DNA of 64,000 nucleotides from Octopus vulgaris (taxonomy: Eukaryota). Of this stretch, positions 25,066 through 38,982 are shown one piece after another. Each line of letters starts with the position of its first letter. The stretch's first letter is position 1. Below the pieces are notes generated by a model. That model did not search any database, was not told where the DNA came from, and worked only from the letters and a program-made list of their open reading frames with translations. The stretch covers positions 48,360,001 to 48,424,000 of the forward strand of contig OX597819.1 of NCBI GenBank assembly GCA_951406725.2, in the 5' to 3' direction. The translations under genes were made by a program, and so were the position numbers.

Positions 25066-26915
25066 CTGTAGAACAATGCAAGAAATAATTAGACACATGT
25101 AAAATATATATTAGAAGAGCTGCTTAAACAGAGGGTTATATTTTATATCATTAGCATTACTGTTAGTCTAATGCCTACTTGTCACTGCAGTTCCTGTAAT
25201 TTTTGCTTGATCCTGGATTATTTTGAGTATCACAACTGCTTAAACCCTGCTCTATATACGACTTTTCAGATTGTTCTGGGTGCACTTAACTTCTTTCAAT
25301 CTATCATGTTTATAAAGTGTAGACTAACAGTGTAGTGAACACTCCTAAATATTTAATCAATTTCCATTACTCTATCTTTAAAAACCTTACACTTCTTGTC
25401 TACTCAGGAAGGCAAGTAAAACCATGTTAATACAGATAGAGTCAAAGAAAAGTGCAGCCAAAACAGGCCACAATTTTTATGTAATTGTGTAGAGAAATAC
25501 CGGACCACTGATCAAGTGCATGTGTGTATAAGTGAGAAAGAAAGATTGATTGATTGATTTTTAGCTTTTAGTGAGCTAGCAAAATTGTTAGTGTGTCAGG
25601 CAAAACGCTCAGAACGTAAAGAGCTGAAAGAAATGTCATCAAGTTCAAACACTGTTGAGGTCGACTTTGCCTTTCATTGTTTTGGAGTCAATAAAATATG
25701 TATGTGTTGAACATTGGAGTCGATGTAATTGAATTACCTCTTCTCTTGAAGTTGCTGGCCTTGTGCCAAAATTTGAAACCATTACTGACAAGATTGAAAA
25801 TGCTTTTAAATTAAAATGCTTGCATGAGTTCTTGGAGATGGTACTTTTCTTCTTTTCTTAGCTCCAATGATTATCACAATGAAAGACAATCATTGCTATA
25901 CTAACTAGATAAAGAGAAGTATTTACTACAGTGCACTTGTCTTTATGAGAGAAACTAGAGTCAATAGCATAACTTACAAATTTCTTGAAGTCAGAGAATT
26001 AGGTATACTATCAGGAATCACACAGCTGATTCTTAACCATTATGAGGATGCAAGTTATGGATATGGAGAAAGAGGACTGAATGGAAAGGTGTTAGACCAC
26101 TTGTTAGTTAGGTGTTCAAATCTGCACTAGATTTTTGTTGCCTTTCTGAATAGAACACTTAATGTTGCACTGCTTTCAATTCATCTAATTTTTAGGATTA
26201 GAAACCAGATCATTTGGTTATGTTAAACCTCAGTCCAGCATTTACCAAAAATTTTGGTCTGCTACAATACTAGATTTATAGAAGCTTTGGTTCTGATTAT
26301 GGGCTGTGTGTTATGATACAGAGTAACATTAAAAATCATCAGGCATAGGCCTCTTATATTCCAAGGTGACAGGATTTCCACAACAAACTGAGGTGTATTA
26401 AAGTGAGCTCTTTCCCAAATGCAAAGAAATACACTGGAATATCTGCTTGGAGATTTGCATCCAAAGATCATGAGGCATAGACAATGGCTGTTTAAGAAAC
26501 AGACAGTGAAAGTATCAATTTGTGTTTGTTTACAGCTTAAGATGTCAACAGAGCTTGATATTGTAAGAATATATTCAAATTCCTTATCTTGTAAAATAGC
26601 CCTGGATTGACCAATGCCTTGTGAGTGAATTTGCTACATGGAAACTAAGTGGAAGCTCAACATATATATATATATATATATAGATGTATATGTTTCTGTG
26701 TTTGCCTCAAAACTCACCAACACCATTTCACAACTGATATTGGTTTATTTTAAGTCCCCATAATTTAGCAGTTCACCAAAAGAGACTAAAAAAATGAGTA
26801 CTTCAGTTGATCCATTGGATTAAGTATTCTTCAAGGCAGTGTCCCAGTATGACTGTAGACCAATGGCTGAAACAAATAAAATACAGAAGATAAAGAAAAA
26901 CAGAAAGCTACTTAC

Positions 26916-27117
26916 CTTGTAAAGCTTTGAAACCCTGTAGAGGAACTCTTGAACTTCCAGTAACAAACTGGAGACATCGAGCCCTAGTTTCATCATCAAA
27001 GCCTTCTACAGCTCTCCAGAACCATTTGACAATATTGGAATCTGAAGTACAATGTTTCAACCTGGTGTGCATCTTCCAGTCTTCCACATCTATCTTACCA
27101 AGTCCACCTATCACAAG
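26916..27117 (-). CDS. SMURF2: Smurf exon, HECT (LVIGGLGKID...KWFW...LQFVTGSSRVPLQGFKALQ)
   Basis: ttctag acceptor, G|gtaag donor. Confidence 0.94.
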
Positions 27118-28421
27118 CTAGAAAACAAAACCAACAACAAAGTCATCAGAAGCTTTCCATAAAAAATTTAATCACAGTTTCTATAATAATTTTCTATAAC
27201 AATTGGTTAATTTATTAGACTTGAAGAGAATCAAACAAAAGAAACGTAATGTCAGAATAGCAGTTTTTATCTGCTTACTTGGAATCTGTAATTTCACTTA
27301 TGATATTATAAATTTCTCTCATTGAGATTGAACCTACGAACTTTTGTTGTGAAATATTTGGTGCACAACGTTTATAGATTTGGACACCTTGCAAGACAAA
27401 AATGTGTCATTTTTGAATTTGGCACCCATACCAGTGGCATGTAAAAGTACCCATTACACTCCTGGAGTGGTTGGTGTTAGGAAGGGCATCCAGCCGTAGA
27501 AACCTTGCCAAATCAGACTGGAACCTGGTACAGCTCTTTGGTTTATCAGCTCCAGTCTAACCACCTAACCTATGCCAGCATAGAGTGGATGTTAAATGAT
27601 AATGATGACTGTTCACTCTTTGTATGTAGGATTACTCAGTATGAAAGAAAGATGCTCCTGACTTTTTCTTTCTTTTGTCCTGTATTTAGTAGTGTATTAC
27701 TATATCTAAAACAGACATTTTTGAAATTCATTATGGCATTAGGAAGGGTATTGAGCCATAGAAACTAGGTCAAAGCAGACACTGAAGCTTGGCACAGTCT
27801 TTGGTTTGTCAGCTCCTGTTGAATCATCCAACCCATGCAAGCATAGTAAACAGAAATGTCAAATGGTGATGCTGATGATTAACCACCCTGACACTGTTCT
27901 ATAACACAATAACCTCACTAAATTCCATATTACAAACTCTATTTCCTTCAAAGGCGATACTAAAAAGGACTAGTTCAGTTAAAATTATGACAAGAAAAAG
28001 AAGCTACATGGAGAAATAAAATTAAAACATAAAATATAAAGCATAGGTGCAGAAGTTTACTTTACTACTAAGCAGTTCAAGGATTGATTCCAGAATACAG
28101 CGCACTGGACAAGTGTCTTTAAATCAAGTTGACCAATGCCTTGTGAGTAGAATTAGGAAGACAAAATCGTGTGGGAACCTGTTCTGTATGTATTTGTGAA
28201 TTCTGATTTAGGATATTGTATTGCGGTCTCTTTGCATCAATAGCTAACTTAGCTACTTGGTAAACAGGAATTGATAAAATATGCAACAGACTAAAATAAA
28301 TGTTAGGGTTGATTAAAACTCTTGAAGGTGGTGCCCTCATGCAGCAGACCAATGACTGAAACCAGTAAAAAGTCGAAAACAAGTATAAGAATGGATGAAA
28401 TGAAATGGATGTAAAACTTAC

Positions 28422-28542
28422 TTCTAGTTCTCGTTCATCAAATAGCTGCAAAGTTGACTGTGGGATTAATTCGTGAAAGCCCTTTTGTAAAGCTAAGAAT
28501 TGTGCCTCAATTCCTTGCATAAACCTCCAATTCACATAGAGC
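28422..28542 (-). CDS. SMURF2: Smurf exon, HECT (LYVNWRFMQGIEAQFLALQKGF...FDERELE)
   Basis: ttacag acceptor, GAA|gtaagt donor. Confidence 0.94.
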
Positions 28543-28699
28543 CTGTAAAAAACAAAACAAAAGAAAAATGTTGTTAAACTTGGTGTTATCTCCACAATAA
28601 TGTCAAAAACAGGAAGATCATATGTATATACATATATCTTGCTTACTGACAACCTGGTGTATAACTCAATATATGCATGCTTCTGAACAAAGTGTTTAA

Positions 28700-28917
28700 C
28701 CCTTCAGCATTCAGATTATTGTCAAATATAAGGCATATGTATTGACACCATTTTAAATGAACCATGCATTATTGCATAGCTTTGAGATTTCAATGATATG
28801 AGTGTTCATTTTTAAAATGACACTATAAGGTAGCAATGAAAGACCACATCTGACCAATTTGAAGATAAATCAGGTAGAATATTTTGGCTGGATATGGCTA
28901 GTTTAAACACTAATGGG
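28700..28917. mobile_element. piggyBac-type MITE family 1
   Basis: TTAA|CCCTT...GGG|TTAA termini; copies at 36049-36259, 43035-43206, partial 2064-2243 and ~6480-6670. Confidence 0.78.
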
Positions 28918-31054
28918 TTAATTTATTTTTAGTGATGCTTACATTTATATTATTAGCTAGTTTAATTACTATTTATTATAAACTACCTTCACCCTTCCCT
29001 CTTGAACTGTCAATCATTATCCTACTTTACAGTCTGTCATCATACATTTGTTCCTGTTTCACCAACACACTCTGGGTCATACTGACTTTTGTCGTCGTTC
29101 CATCTCCTTAGTCATGTTGCATTAAATAATATGTCTTAGAATACCAAGTATCCCTATCACCAATATCCTTAACATACAACCTACTTATCACTATTATTTG
29201 TGCCTCTTCACTTTGTAAAATGGCTTATAAGCAAGTAGAGACGTAGGAATGAAGTAAGAAGTTCCTTTTAGTCATGTCAAAGATCTGACAACCTCTCCAG
29301 CCTTGGTAGCACATATAACCATCCAGTTATAGAAACCAAGTCAAAAATGAAATAGATAAGTGAAATGTAGTCCTCTAATCCATCTATGTGAGCCGTACTA
29401 TCAAATACATGCTTGCTCCAAGTGTGGCAACCTGCCAAAACCAACGACAGCATGGAAAGTAGGCATAAAATGACAAACAATAGTAGTATTGTATTTTTTT
29501 AAATAGTTTAATCAAGAAGAATGGCAGCTCTCTTGATACTTTTCAAGGCCTGTGAAACTTGCGAGAGGAAGGCAAGTACTTATCCTCAAAATGGAGATCT
29601 CACCATAAATGCATGCAAGAGAGTGGAGACTCCTCTAAAGTCAACCAAGAGCCAGGTGGCGATGGTGTTAAATCAGGCAACAGATTAAGTCTAATACACA
29701 TAAATCTTTTAAGTGTTGTAAATTAAAATTTTTATTCTTCTCATACGCTAATGCAATGGTATTATCAGAAACTTCAAAGTCATTATTTTCTTACAACAGT
29801 TAACATACAATAATACACACCAATGAGTTTTTCTTCAGCAAATAATAAAAGATTTAATTACATTTCCAGATTTATTAGAAGTAGATTTCATAACATTTAT
29901 CCAAACTTATCTCAAGCATTTTTAAAAAGTTAATTCCCTTTGCAATTTCTCTCCAATATATTATACAAAAGAATAAATAAAAAAAATTAAATATACTAAA
30001 AAAATAAGCATAAATAAAAGTCCAGACTAATGTGTACAACAGATTTTCTTAACATCTGATACCTATTTTATAAAATTTTTAGACAATATGTTTTTATTTA
30101 GATTTAAAATAAACACCAATGATAACATTGTTTATGTAGCTTAAATAGAAATATATGAAACAGAGTGGAATCAGTACAGATAATACAAAGCTAGAGAAGA
30201 CCATCTGATTTTCACCATAACAGAGTTGGTTAAAGAAGTATCTGTAATATATTTATCGTAGTTATAACAATTAACTATCGTTAAGGATGGAGCTAACAAG
30301 CGGTCACTCCATCTGCCTGAAATGGAAGCCAAACTCCCTTGAATTATATCCCAACAAATTAGAACAGAAAGGAAAGATATTGAGTGTATTTCAACAAATA
30401 TATGGTAGCAAAAGGGTTAAAAACCAAGCAAAACACACAAATTATACTACAAAAAGTCTTGCTATTTCACAGCAACTGTCATTTTGTTTTGCAATTCTTC
30501 ATTTGCTGACAGCTGTAGCACAAGTAGTGATTCACTGTTATATGATGCCCACAACAATATTCTACAGATCACATTTATGGCAACTCCCTAGTGGCCTAAA
30601 CACAGACCACCATCATCATTTAACATCCGTTTTCCATGCTGACATGGATTGGATGGTTTGACAGAAGCTGGCCAGTTAGAGAGTTGCCCAGGCTCCAACT
30701 GTCAGTTTTGGTATGGTTTCTATGCCAGGATGCCCTTCCTAATGCTGACCACTTTACAGAGTGTACTGGGTGCTTTTTATGTGGCACTAGCAGAGGACAC
30801 ACCCCAGATATAAACACAAGAATGTACTGCTTTTATTTTATTTTTCCTAAGGCACAAACTTAAGTTAGAAGATAAAAAAAACTAAATAGTACAATATAGT
30901 GGACAACAAAGCAGCATATTTCTTAATGTTTTCTGTAACCATTGTTTCTCACAAAGCTAATATATCAAAAATATCTCCAATGAAATTTAAATAGTCTGGT
31001 AGTTTATTTTTTAAACATAACTCTGTAACAGAAAACATAAGAAACTTAACTAAC

Positions 31055-31192
31055 CTAACATATTCTCTTTTATTTTCTTCTGTAACTTCTATGTCTCTTC
31101 CTCCAGGTTTCAGTTCATATTCTTGTACTTGCCCAAAGGAATTATGCTGCACACAGAAAGGCTGGTTCAGAACACTGTCAATATTATTCTCT
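31055..31192 (-). CDS. SMURF2: Smurf exon, HECT (ENNIDSVL...ELKPGG...ENKREYVR)
   Basis: tttcag acceptor, AG|gttagt donor. Confidence 0.93.
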
Positions 31193-31289
31193 CTGAAAAG
31201 AATGATAAAAAAAAAATATTAAAAAATCATATAATTCAACTTCTACATTTCCACTTTCTTTAACTAGAACAAATATTCTTTATTATCAT

Positions 31290-31595
31290 ATAATAATAAT
31301 AATAATAATAATAATGAGGACCTCTTATTTGCTATAAGAGCATCAAACAAGCAGGAGATTACATAGACAGGTGACATGAATTGTGTGTGATTTACATGGA
31401 AATTCAATGAGATAAATACACATTCGTCAAAACATAGAAACCAATCAAGGAACCCAACAAACCCAGGATCACTTAGCCCACAAAGGATAGGTGTCTTCTT
31501 CAGGCACAGAATAAATTCACTTTGTCATTCTCACCTATCTTTTAGCGGGTTCAGCAGAGGAGGGCACCTGTCTCTCCAACCATACCTTCCTTTCC
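31290..31595 (-). mobile_element. Degenerate LINE 3' end (possibly Tx1/L1-like) with (ATT)n tail
   Basis: GC-richer block ending in (TAA)n on +; minus-strand HLERKVWLERQV resembles Tx1-like ORF2 ends. Confidence 0.35.
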
Positions 31596-31999
31596 AAATG
31601 AAACATGGAAAAAAATCATTTAATGTCCCTTTTTCCACGCTAGCATAAGTTGGACGGTTTGACAAAAATAGATGAGCCAGAGGGCTCCACCAGTTTCTAT
31701 GTCTGCATTGGCACGGTTTCTATAGCTGGATGTCCTTCCTAACACCACCCACTAAACAGAGTGTACTAGAAGCTTTTTATGTAGCACCAGCACCAGTGAG
31801 GTTACCAAGTACATAGGTACCTGAAACAATTAACAAAAACCAACTCATACTTGCTTGCAAATGATGTTTTATTATTATTATTATTATTATTATTATAAAG
31901 GTGGCGAGCTGGCAGAATTGTTAGCATGTCAAGCAGAATGTTTAGCAGCATTTTGTCTGTTATTACTGGGAATGGGGAGAAAAAAAAAAAAGAACTTAC

Positions 32000-32178
32000 A
32001 GGATCCAAACAAGGCTTCTGTGTAGTTCTGGGTCAACACTTTCTAAATCATCTAATGTGACAGGTTTGCCCAGAAGCTGTTTATAAAACGGCATGGTGAA
32101 TCCTCCATCGATGTAGTGACCATGAAATATTGCCATACCAATGATTCTTCCAACAAAATGGAAGTAGGATAAATGTTC
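32000..32178 (-). CDS. SMURF2: Smurf exon, HECT (EHLSYFHFVGRIIGMAIFHGHYIDGGF...SLVWIL)
   Basis: canonical splice sites, phases fit. Confidence 0.94.
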
Positions 32179-32816
32179 CTGAAAATTGAAATATATTGTT
32201 TCATTCAAAATTAAATAAATAAGACCAAAAGCAGAGTAAAATATTATATTGAGTAATACATTAGTAGCAAGCAAATTGTTTTGTTTTGTTTTAGTCAGGT
32301 TTTTATTAAATAACAAAAATAATTATGAGATTATTAGTCTTTCAATTTGAATTTGGAAAAGAGACATATGATAGAGAGAAGAAGAGAGAGACGGGGGGGG
32401 GGGAGCAGATAGATGGAGTGAGAGAGACAGAGAAAAAGATTTCCACATCCATTCAACCATTGATCCATTGTTAGCATTTTCATGTCCACTTTTCCAGCAT
32501 GAAGCCGAGAAGATTTATTGAGGCAGTTATTCTATGGTCAGATGCATTTCCTGTCACCAACACTCACTTCTTTCCAAGTAAGGTACTAGTTCTTCTTCTG
32601 GTCTTACAAATAACAAATAACTCAACATGTTTTTCATGGCAGACACTGCCTACATGATAACGACATTGTTCACATAGCACAAAAATAATACCAAAATAAT
32701 GAGAACATACACACAATGGGGGTTTTACAGTTTCCATCTACCAATAAAGGCATTAGACAGCTTGCTTGAGGCTATAGTAGAAGAAATCTGTCTGCAGTGC
32801 AGCATGGCAACATGTA

Positions 32817-33203
32817 TACTCTTTACTCTTTTACTTGTTTCAGTCATTTGACTGCGGCCATGCTGGAGCACCGCCTTTAGTCGAGCAAATCGACCCCGGG
32901 ACTTATTCTTTGTAAGCCTAGTACTTATTCTATCGGTCTCTTTTGCCGAACCGCTAAGTGACGGGGACATAAACACACCAGAATTGGTTGTCAAGCAATG
33001 CTAGGGGGACAAACACAGACAAACACACACATACATATATACGACAGGCTTCTTTCAGTTTCCGTCCACCAATCCACTCACAAGGCTTTGGTCGGCCCGG
33101 AGCTATAGCAGAAGACACTTGCCCAAGATGCCACGCAGTGGGACTGAACCTGGAACCATGTGGTTGGTTAGCAAGCTACTTACCACACAGCCACTCCTGC
33201 GCC
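32817..33203 (-). mobile_element. SINE family A, full-length copy in Smurf intron
   Basis: Nearly identical to 18523-18901. Confidence 0.88.
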
Positions 33204-33603
33204 TATATGTAGATGATTTCTGTTTCTCAGTGTTTCCTTATTGTTGAAGGCATTTTTAACTGTCCGTTGCACTGAATTTGACTAGGCAGATTTTCAATGG
33301 CCTGATACTCTTCTTGTCACCAACCATCACCTATTTCTGAGTAATGTAATATTTCCCCATGGCCAGATATATTTTCATAGAAGACTGGGAACAATGAGTA
33401 TGACAGCAACACCTGTTTACAACTATCATGCAATGCCAAGACAAAGAGACACCAACGCACACATGATATGCTTCTTTCAATTTCTGTCAACCAAATCTAT
33501 TCACAAGGATTTAGTTAGTTCAGGGGCTTTGAAAACACTTCCTGAAGGTGCTATATAGTGAGGACTGAACTCAAAACCATGCTGTTGGGAAGCAAACTGT
33601 TTA

Positions 33604-33915
<312 letters not shown>

Positions 33916-33951
33916 TTAAAATTTTATTTTGAAAATTTTTTATAATTACAT

Positions 33952-33992
<41 letters not shown>

Positions 33993-34129
33993 TACACACA
34001 CACACACATTGTATAAAGGACCGTGGGTAAGGCCAAAACAATGTGAAGTAAATGCAAGGTAAATCACAAGAAAAATACACACACACACACAGACGTAAAT
34101 GCGTGTATGTACACACATATGATAAACTG

Positions 34130-34397
34130 AAGGAGTACTCAATGCCACATTGGTTAGTCAACAATGCTCCATAAGGAGCATAGGGCCAGGTTCCTGGTTT
34201 CTCTAGCACATATACTCCCCATTGGATAGGACACCAATCTATTGTGGGATCACACATTTTCACCAGCTGAGTCGACTGGAGCAACATGAAATGAAGTGTT
34301 TTGCTCAAGAACACAACACGTCACCCAGTCCAGGAACTGAAACCACAATCTTACAATCATGAGTCCAACACCTTAACCACTAAGCCATGCGCCTACA
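34130..34397 (-). mobile_element. tRNA-derived SINE family C
   Basis: Head GGCGCATGGCTTAGTGGTTAAGG, body CTTGAGCAAAACACTTCATTTCATGTTGCTCCAGTC; related copies at ~1-100, 278-430, 2692-2775, 4735-4992, 44690-44810, 51795-52025, 59150-59340. Confidence 0.8.
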
Positions 34398-34725
34398 CAA
34401 TGTCACATTAGTAAAGTGTAAATTATTTATCTAATTATCTTATAAAGTTATGCCTATGTTTTTATATCACAAACATATTTGATATTATGGTCACCATATA
34501 TTAATTATATGAAGCCATTAGTATCAACTTCATAACTGGAATATTCTAAGTGAAGTGTAGTGTTCCTCCTTTACAAATTGCTATGGACATAGAACAATAT
34601 TTAGAAATAAATACTTTATGCAGTACAGTTAAATAACAATATAACCTAACAGCTTTATTGGTACATCTTTTGTTATTGAGGGAGAGAGAAAGAGAGAGAT
34701 CCAATCAAATTCAACAAAATACTTA

Positions 34726-34830
<105 letters not shown>

Positions 34831-36048
34831 CTAAAAAGAAAAGGATATAAGACAAAATATCATGTTTATTGTGGTTTTTAGAACAGCTACATATATCTTC
34901 CTGTATTATAAGCAGTGACTAAAAAGAGTTGGTGTCAGGAAGAGTATCTCACTATCAGACACTTTTTCAAAAAGTCCCATCCAAAAAATGCCAGCATGAA
35001 AACGAAGACAGTGATAGATTAATATTATGTAGTGAATGTGTATATACCTTAGGATGAAAATCTGCTATTCCTGATACAAAGCCCATGCTAAAAATTGTCA
35101 ACCTGACAAATAATCTCTCCATTTGGACAAGACTGCATAGTGATTACAATGGCTATAAAAAGGTTTTGCTTCAATAATTCATTATGTGTGTGTGTGTGTG
35201 TGTGTTTTATTGTTTTATTACTATTTTCCCACTACAGTAACAGGACAATTGCATATTGTTTGAGTAACTGTGGAACTACTTGTAATTGTTATTTAACTCC
35301 AGGTCAGCAATGACTGAGTGGACCTATGATCAAAAGCATTCTACTAGCCTTCTTTGTGTGTATGAAGAACTACACTGTTCAATATGTCAATTATTTAAGG
35401 GAAATTTGGCTACTATTTCTAGCAGTTTGTATGACCCTTGCAAGCTCTTGTAGCAGCCTTTTTGTCAGATAGGCAGACTGAAGCGAGTAATGCTAGGTAC
35501 CTTGAATAGAGGCATACATAATGGCTATGAAACAAAATTTAAATCCATGACCATGCAGCCAGTAATCCAGTGCTTTAACTATCAAAAACAGTTTGAAGTT
35601 GCAGTACAGGATATACAGACATCCAAATTTACAATCAACCACACTAGACAGAAACATACACAGGCATCAGTGTTTTACACCTCTTTTTCTATATTTATAA
35701 GGGTAAACATGGTTGAATGTACTAATCATAAAATAATAATCTGTTTCAACCCACTGCCCTCGTTTGAGGACAGTTGTATTTGGTTTGTTTATTGCAATAA
35801 ATGTTAACTGGACACTTCCATATGTTTGTTATCCCTATTTGTATAACTATCTTCAAAATTTCGACAGGGTTAACCTGGGTTAAAAGGACCTGTTTTTGCC
35901 CAGTCGAGCACACTGAAAGTGCCTTGCTCATTCAAGAGCATAACACAATGGTACAAGAAAGACTTGAACATAAGACCATGCAACCAATAGTCCACCATGA
36001 CTGTACCACAATATATAGCTTTCAGTTAAGATATTTATTTCATCTTAA

Positions 36049-36259
36049 TCCTTTAGTGTTCAGATTACTCTGTTAAATGTAATACTTTTTCACTCAAATT
36101 GTTTTGAATTAATCAGGCATTATCTTATAGCTTTGAGGTTTCAATGATGTGATTGTTTATTTTTAGAATGTCAATCTAGGTTAGGTGTGAGAGGCTAGAT
36201 ATTGCCAGTTTGAATGTAGAATATCTGGGCCAAATATGGTTGGTTTAAACACTAAAGGG
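36049..36259. mobile_element. piggyBac-type MITE family 1 copy
   Basis: TTAA flanks, CCTTTAGTGTT/AACACTAAAGG inverted termini, same internal sequence. Confidence 0.78.
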
Positions 36260-37005
36260 TTAAACATCTTAACATATGACATGACATTAATATGCTTGTG
36301 CTAAAAACGTGCTACATATTAGATATATGATTATACAACGTAACAAAGAAGTACTCTGCTAGTCATTTGACCAGCTAATAGAGGTTTTGAATTTTGTCAG
36401 AAGATCAGCAATTTTGAGGTGAAAGGTTTAGTTGATTACATCAACCCCAGTGCTCAATTGATGTTTATTGTATATATTCTGGAAGGATGAAAGGCAAAAT
36501 TGAACTAGTTGGGATTTGAACTCTGAATATGAAGAATCAAACGAAATTCTGCTCAGCACTTTGTTCAATATGCTAATGATTTTTGCAACTCACCACCATA
36601 CTTGACCAGTTAATAGTAATAAGAACAATTCTTTCTCCTCACTCCCAGGACTGTCTGAAAATAAGACAAAATAGACACCGTTTGAATGGCACTGATTATA
36701 GGTTTGCTCAGCCTGAGCAACCCCTGCCAAGATGGAACATGGACATTAAAGGATGATCATGTATCACATCACAACATTTCAGTATTTAAGTTTATATCTG
36801 TTTTTCAAAGTGAGTCAAGTTGAACACAACTTTCTACATATATCTCTGTCCTCTGTAAACTTAGTTCTTGACATATCTCCTTACTTTTCTATCTTTCCTC
36901 TTTTTTATCAACTACCTCTAGCTGATCAGTTTTCATGCAAGATCTATCAATAACAACAGGTTCCAAGTTTTATAAAATTCAAAATATTTATCATAAAAAA
37001 TTTAC

Positions 37006-37161
37006 TTCAAATATTTCTTCTCTTGATACTTCCAATCGACAATGACCAGCCTGAGGCTGAAGATCATTAAGTTGACGTCTAACTCTTTCAGCTTTTGGAC
37101 AAGGTCTCGCTTATATTTTGGTAAAGGCCCAGGCGCACTGTTCTCTTTATCAGCAATTTGC
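37006..37161 (-). CDS. SMURF2: Smurf exon, pre-HECT (PKYKRDLVQKLK / QPQAGHCRLEVSREEIFE) with apparent 1-nt deletion near 37080
   Basis: attag acceptor, GAA|gtaaat donor; the two conserved halves lie in different frames; 156 nt where 157 is needed. Confidence 0.85.
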
Positions 37162-37541
37162 CTAATAAAAAATAAATAAATATTAGTAGAGAAATATATA
37201 TGAATAAACAATGACGTGCTGTAATCATATAGTTAATGATGTTTGCCCTAACAAACTAGTCCATAAAAATTTTCATACAAATCCTCATCAAGTGTCTGTT
37301 CTTGCCCCAAAATCTAAGCTATTGGACTGCAAAAATTGATATTTGGCAATATCTAATGTAAAGTATACTAGCCATCTCAATATGGCTAACCACTAAGGGT
37401 GGGTGTTACTGTAGCTTTTAGCCCCAGGAGATCATCGTCTCCAGCTGGCTTTAGGCACACTTTCTGTGCCCTTATGGTATTTGCGAAGGGAGGTCATCCC
37501 TCTCTCGTCAATATTTAATGGTTTTCTAAAAATTAACTTAC

Positions 37542-37706
37542 ATTTTCTGTTGTATCAATCCAATATTGGCTGAGAGGCGAGGATCAGTGAACTGTGTCGT
37601 TCTATTGATATGGTTCACAAAATACATGCGTCCTGCTCCTGTGTATCTAATCTCCCAGCCTTGTGGTAACGGACCGAGTTCTTCTTCAGACACATTTGTA
37701 AGATCT
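37542..37706 (-). CDS. SMURF2: Smurf exon, WW3 ([20 protein letters not shown]...TTQFTDPRL)
   Basis: ttcag acceptor, AT|gtaagt donor. Confidence 0.93.
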
Positions 37707-38897
37707 CTGAATAAAAAAATTAATAAAAAGAAACAAAGAAAAATTTTAATGAATGTCATCACGCCAAGATTTATCCATTTTAAAAACTTCTATAAGTACA
37801 ATTTAATTTTAAACAAAAGTAGAAAAAAAAAAGAGCCTGACACAATCTTCTAACTTGTCAGATCCTTTTGGACTGAACAACCCACAGAAGGTTATAAAAT
37901 GATGAATTTTTAGAAATCATATTTTTTCTAATAAAGATTGCCATGGGAATTTATTTTATTGTAAAGTGCTGATAGATCTCATGAGAATTATACCATGCAT
38001 ACATTTAGATCAGCATGAAAATGAATTCAATAATAGAAACATTTGAATATTTAGTAAGATAATGAATCATTGTTTGATAAAATTAAATGAATCCTTATTT
38101 GGTAAAAATTGATAAAATATGTCACTGAAATTTCAAAATTATTTCATTAAATAAATCAGCATGTTTTCCTCATGAGGGTTAATAGCATAACAGAAATGAA
38201 ATGATTAAACAAAACCTTAAAAACAGAACACGACCACTTCAAAATATTTGTTGTCCTTAGCAACATATACCAATAGCCAGGTTTGAACCCATCAGTGCTG
38301 TGATGAAGTAGATGATACAATTCATATGTGGTAACATGAATAGTAAGTTGTTTTCTCTCTCTCTCATATATATCATATTGATATATGTATTGATGTGACC
38401 TAAATATTCATAAAAATTCAGCACAAATCATACTCTTGATGGTTTCAATCACTGGACTGTGGTCATGCTAGGACATTGTCTTCAAGGCTTTACTCATTCA
38501 TATTGATCCCAGTACTTATTTCATTGATCTCCATTGATTGAACTGGTTACTTTTCATGTAAAGGGACACAACTCAACAAACTGATTAACACCAGTTTAGG
38601 AAAACACAGGTGCATAAATACACACGACAGACTTCCTCTCAGTTTTCACCAATGAAATTTTGCCCGCAAAACATTAATGAATCTGAGGGTTTAACAGAAG
38701 CCATATACCCAAGGTGCTACACAGCAGGATCAAACCCTGAATAAAGCAAACCTTTTAACAACTCAGCTCTGCTTGCACCTACTATGTCAGTAATGAAATG
38801 CCGAAGCTTCTAGAATCATAATTAATGAAATAAAATTGATGCACAGTTGATAATAGAATCAAGAAATATACCAAGTATAAATTATTTTGATGTTTAC

Positions 38898-38982
38898 CTT
38901 GGAACCCTGGGATCATGCCATGTACTAATTCCAGTTCGTGTATGTAGAAAATAAACCTGACCCTGTTGTGTTGTTCGTTGCT
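38898..38982 (-). CDS. SMURF2: Smurf exon, WW2 (EQRTTQQGQVYFLHTRTGISTWHDPRVPR)
   Basis: ttacag acceptor, AG|gtaaac donor; close to SMURF WW sequence; too short for the ORF track. Confidence 0.93.
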
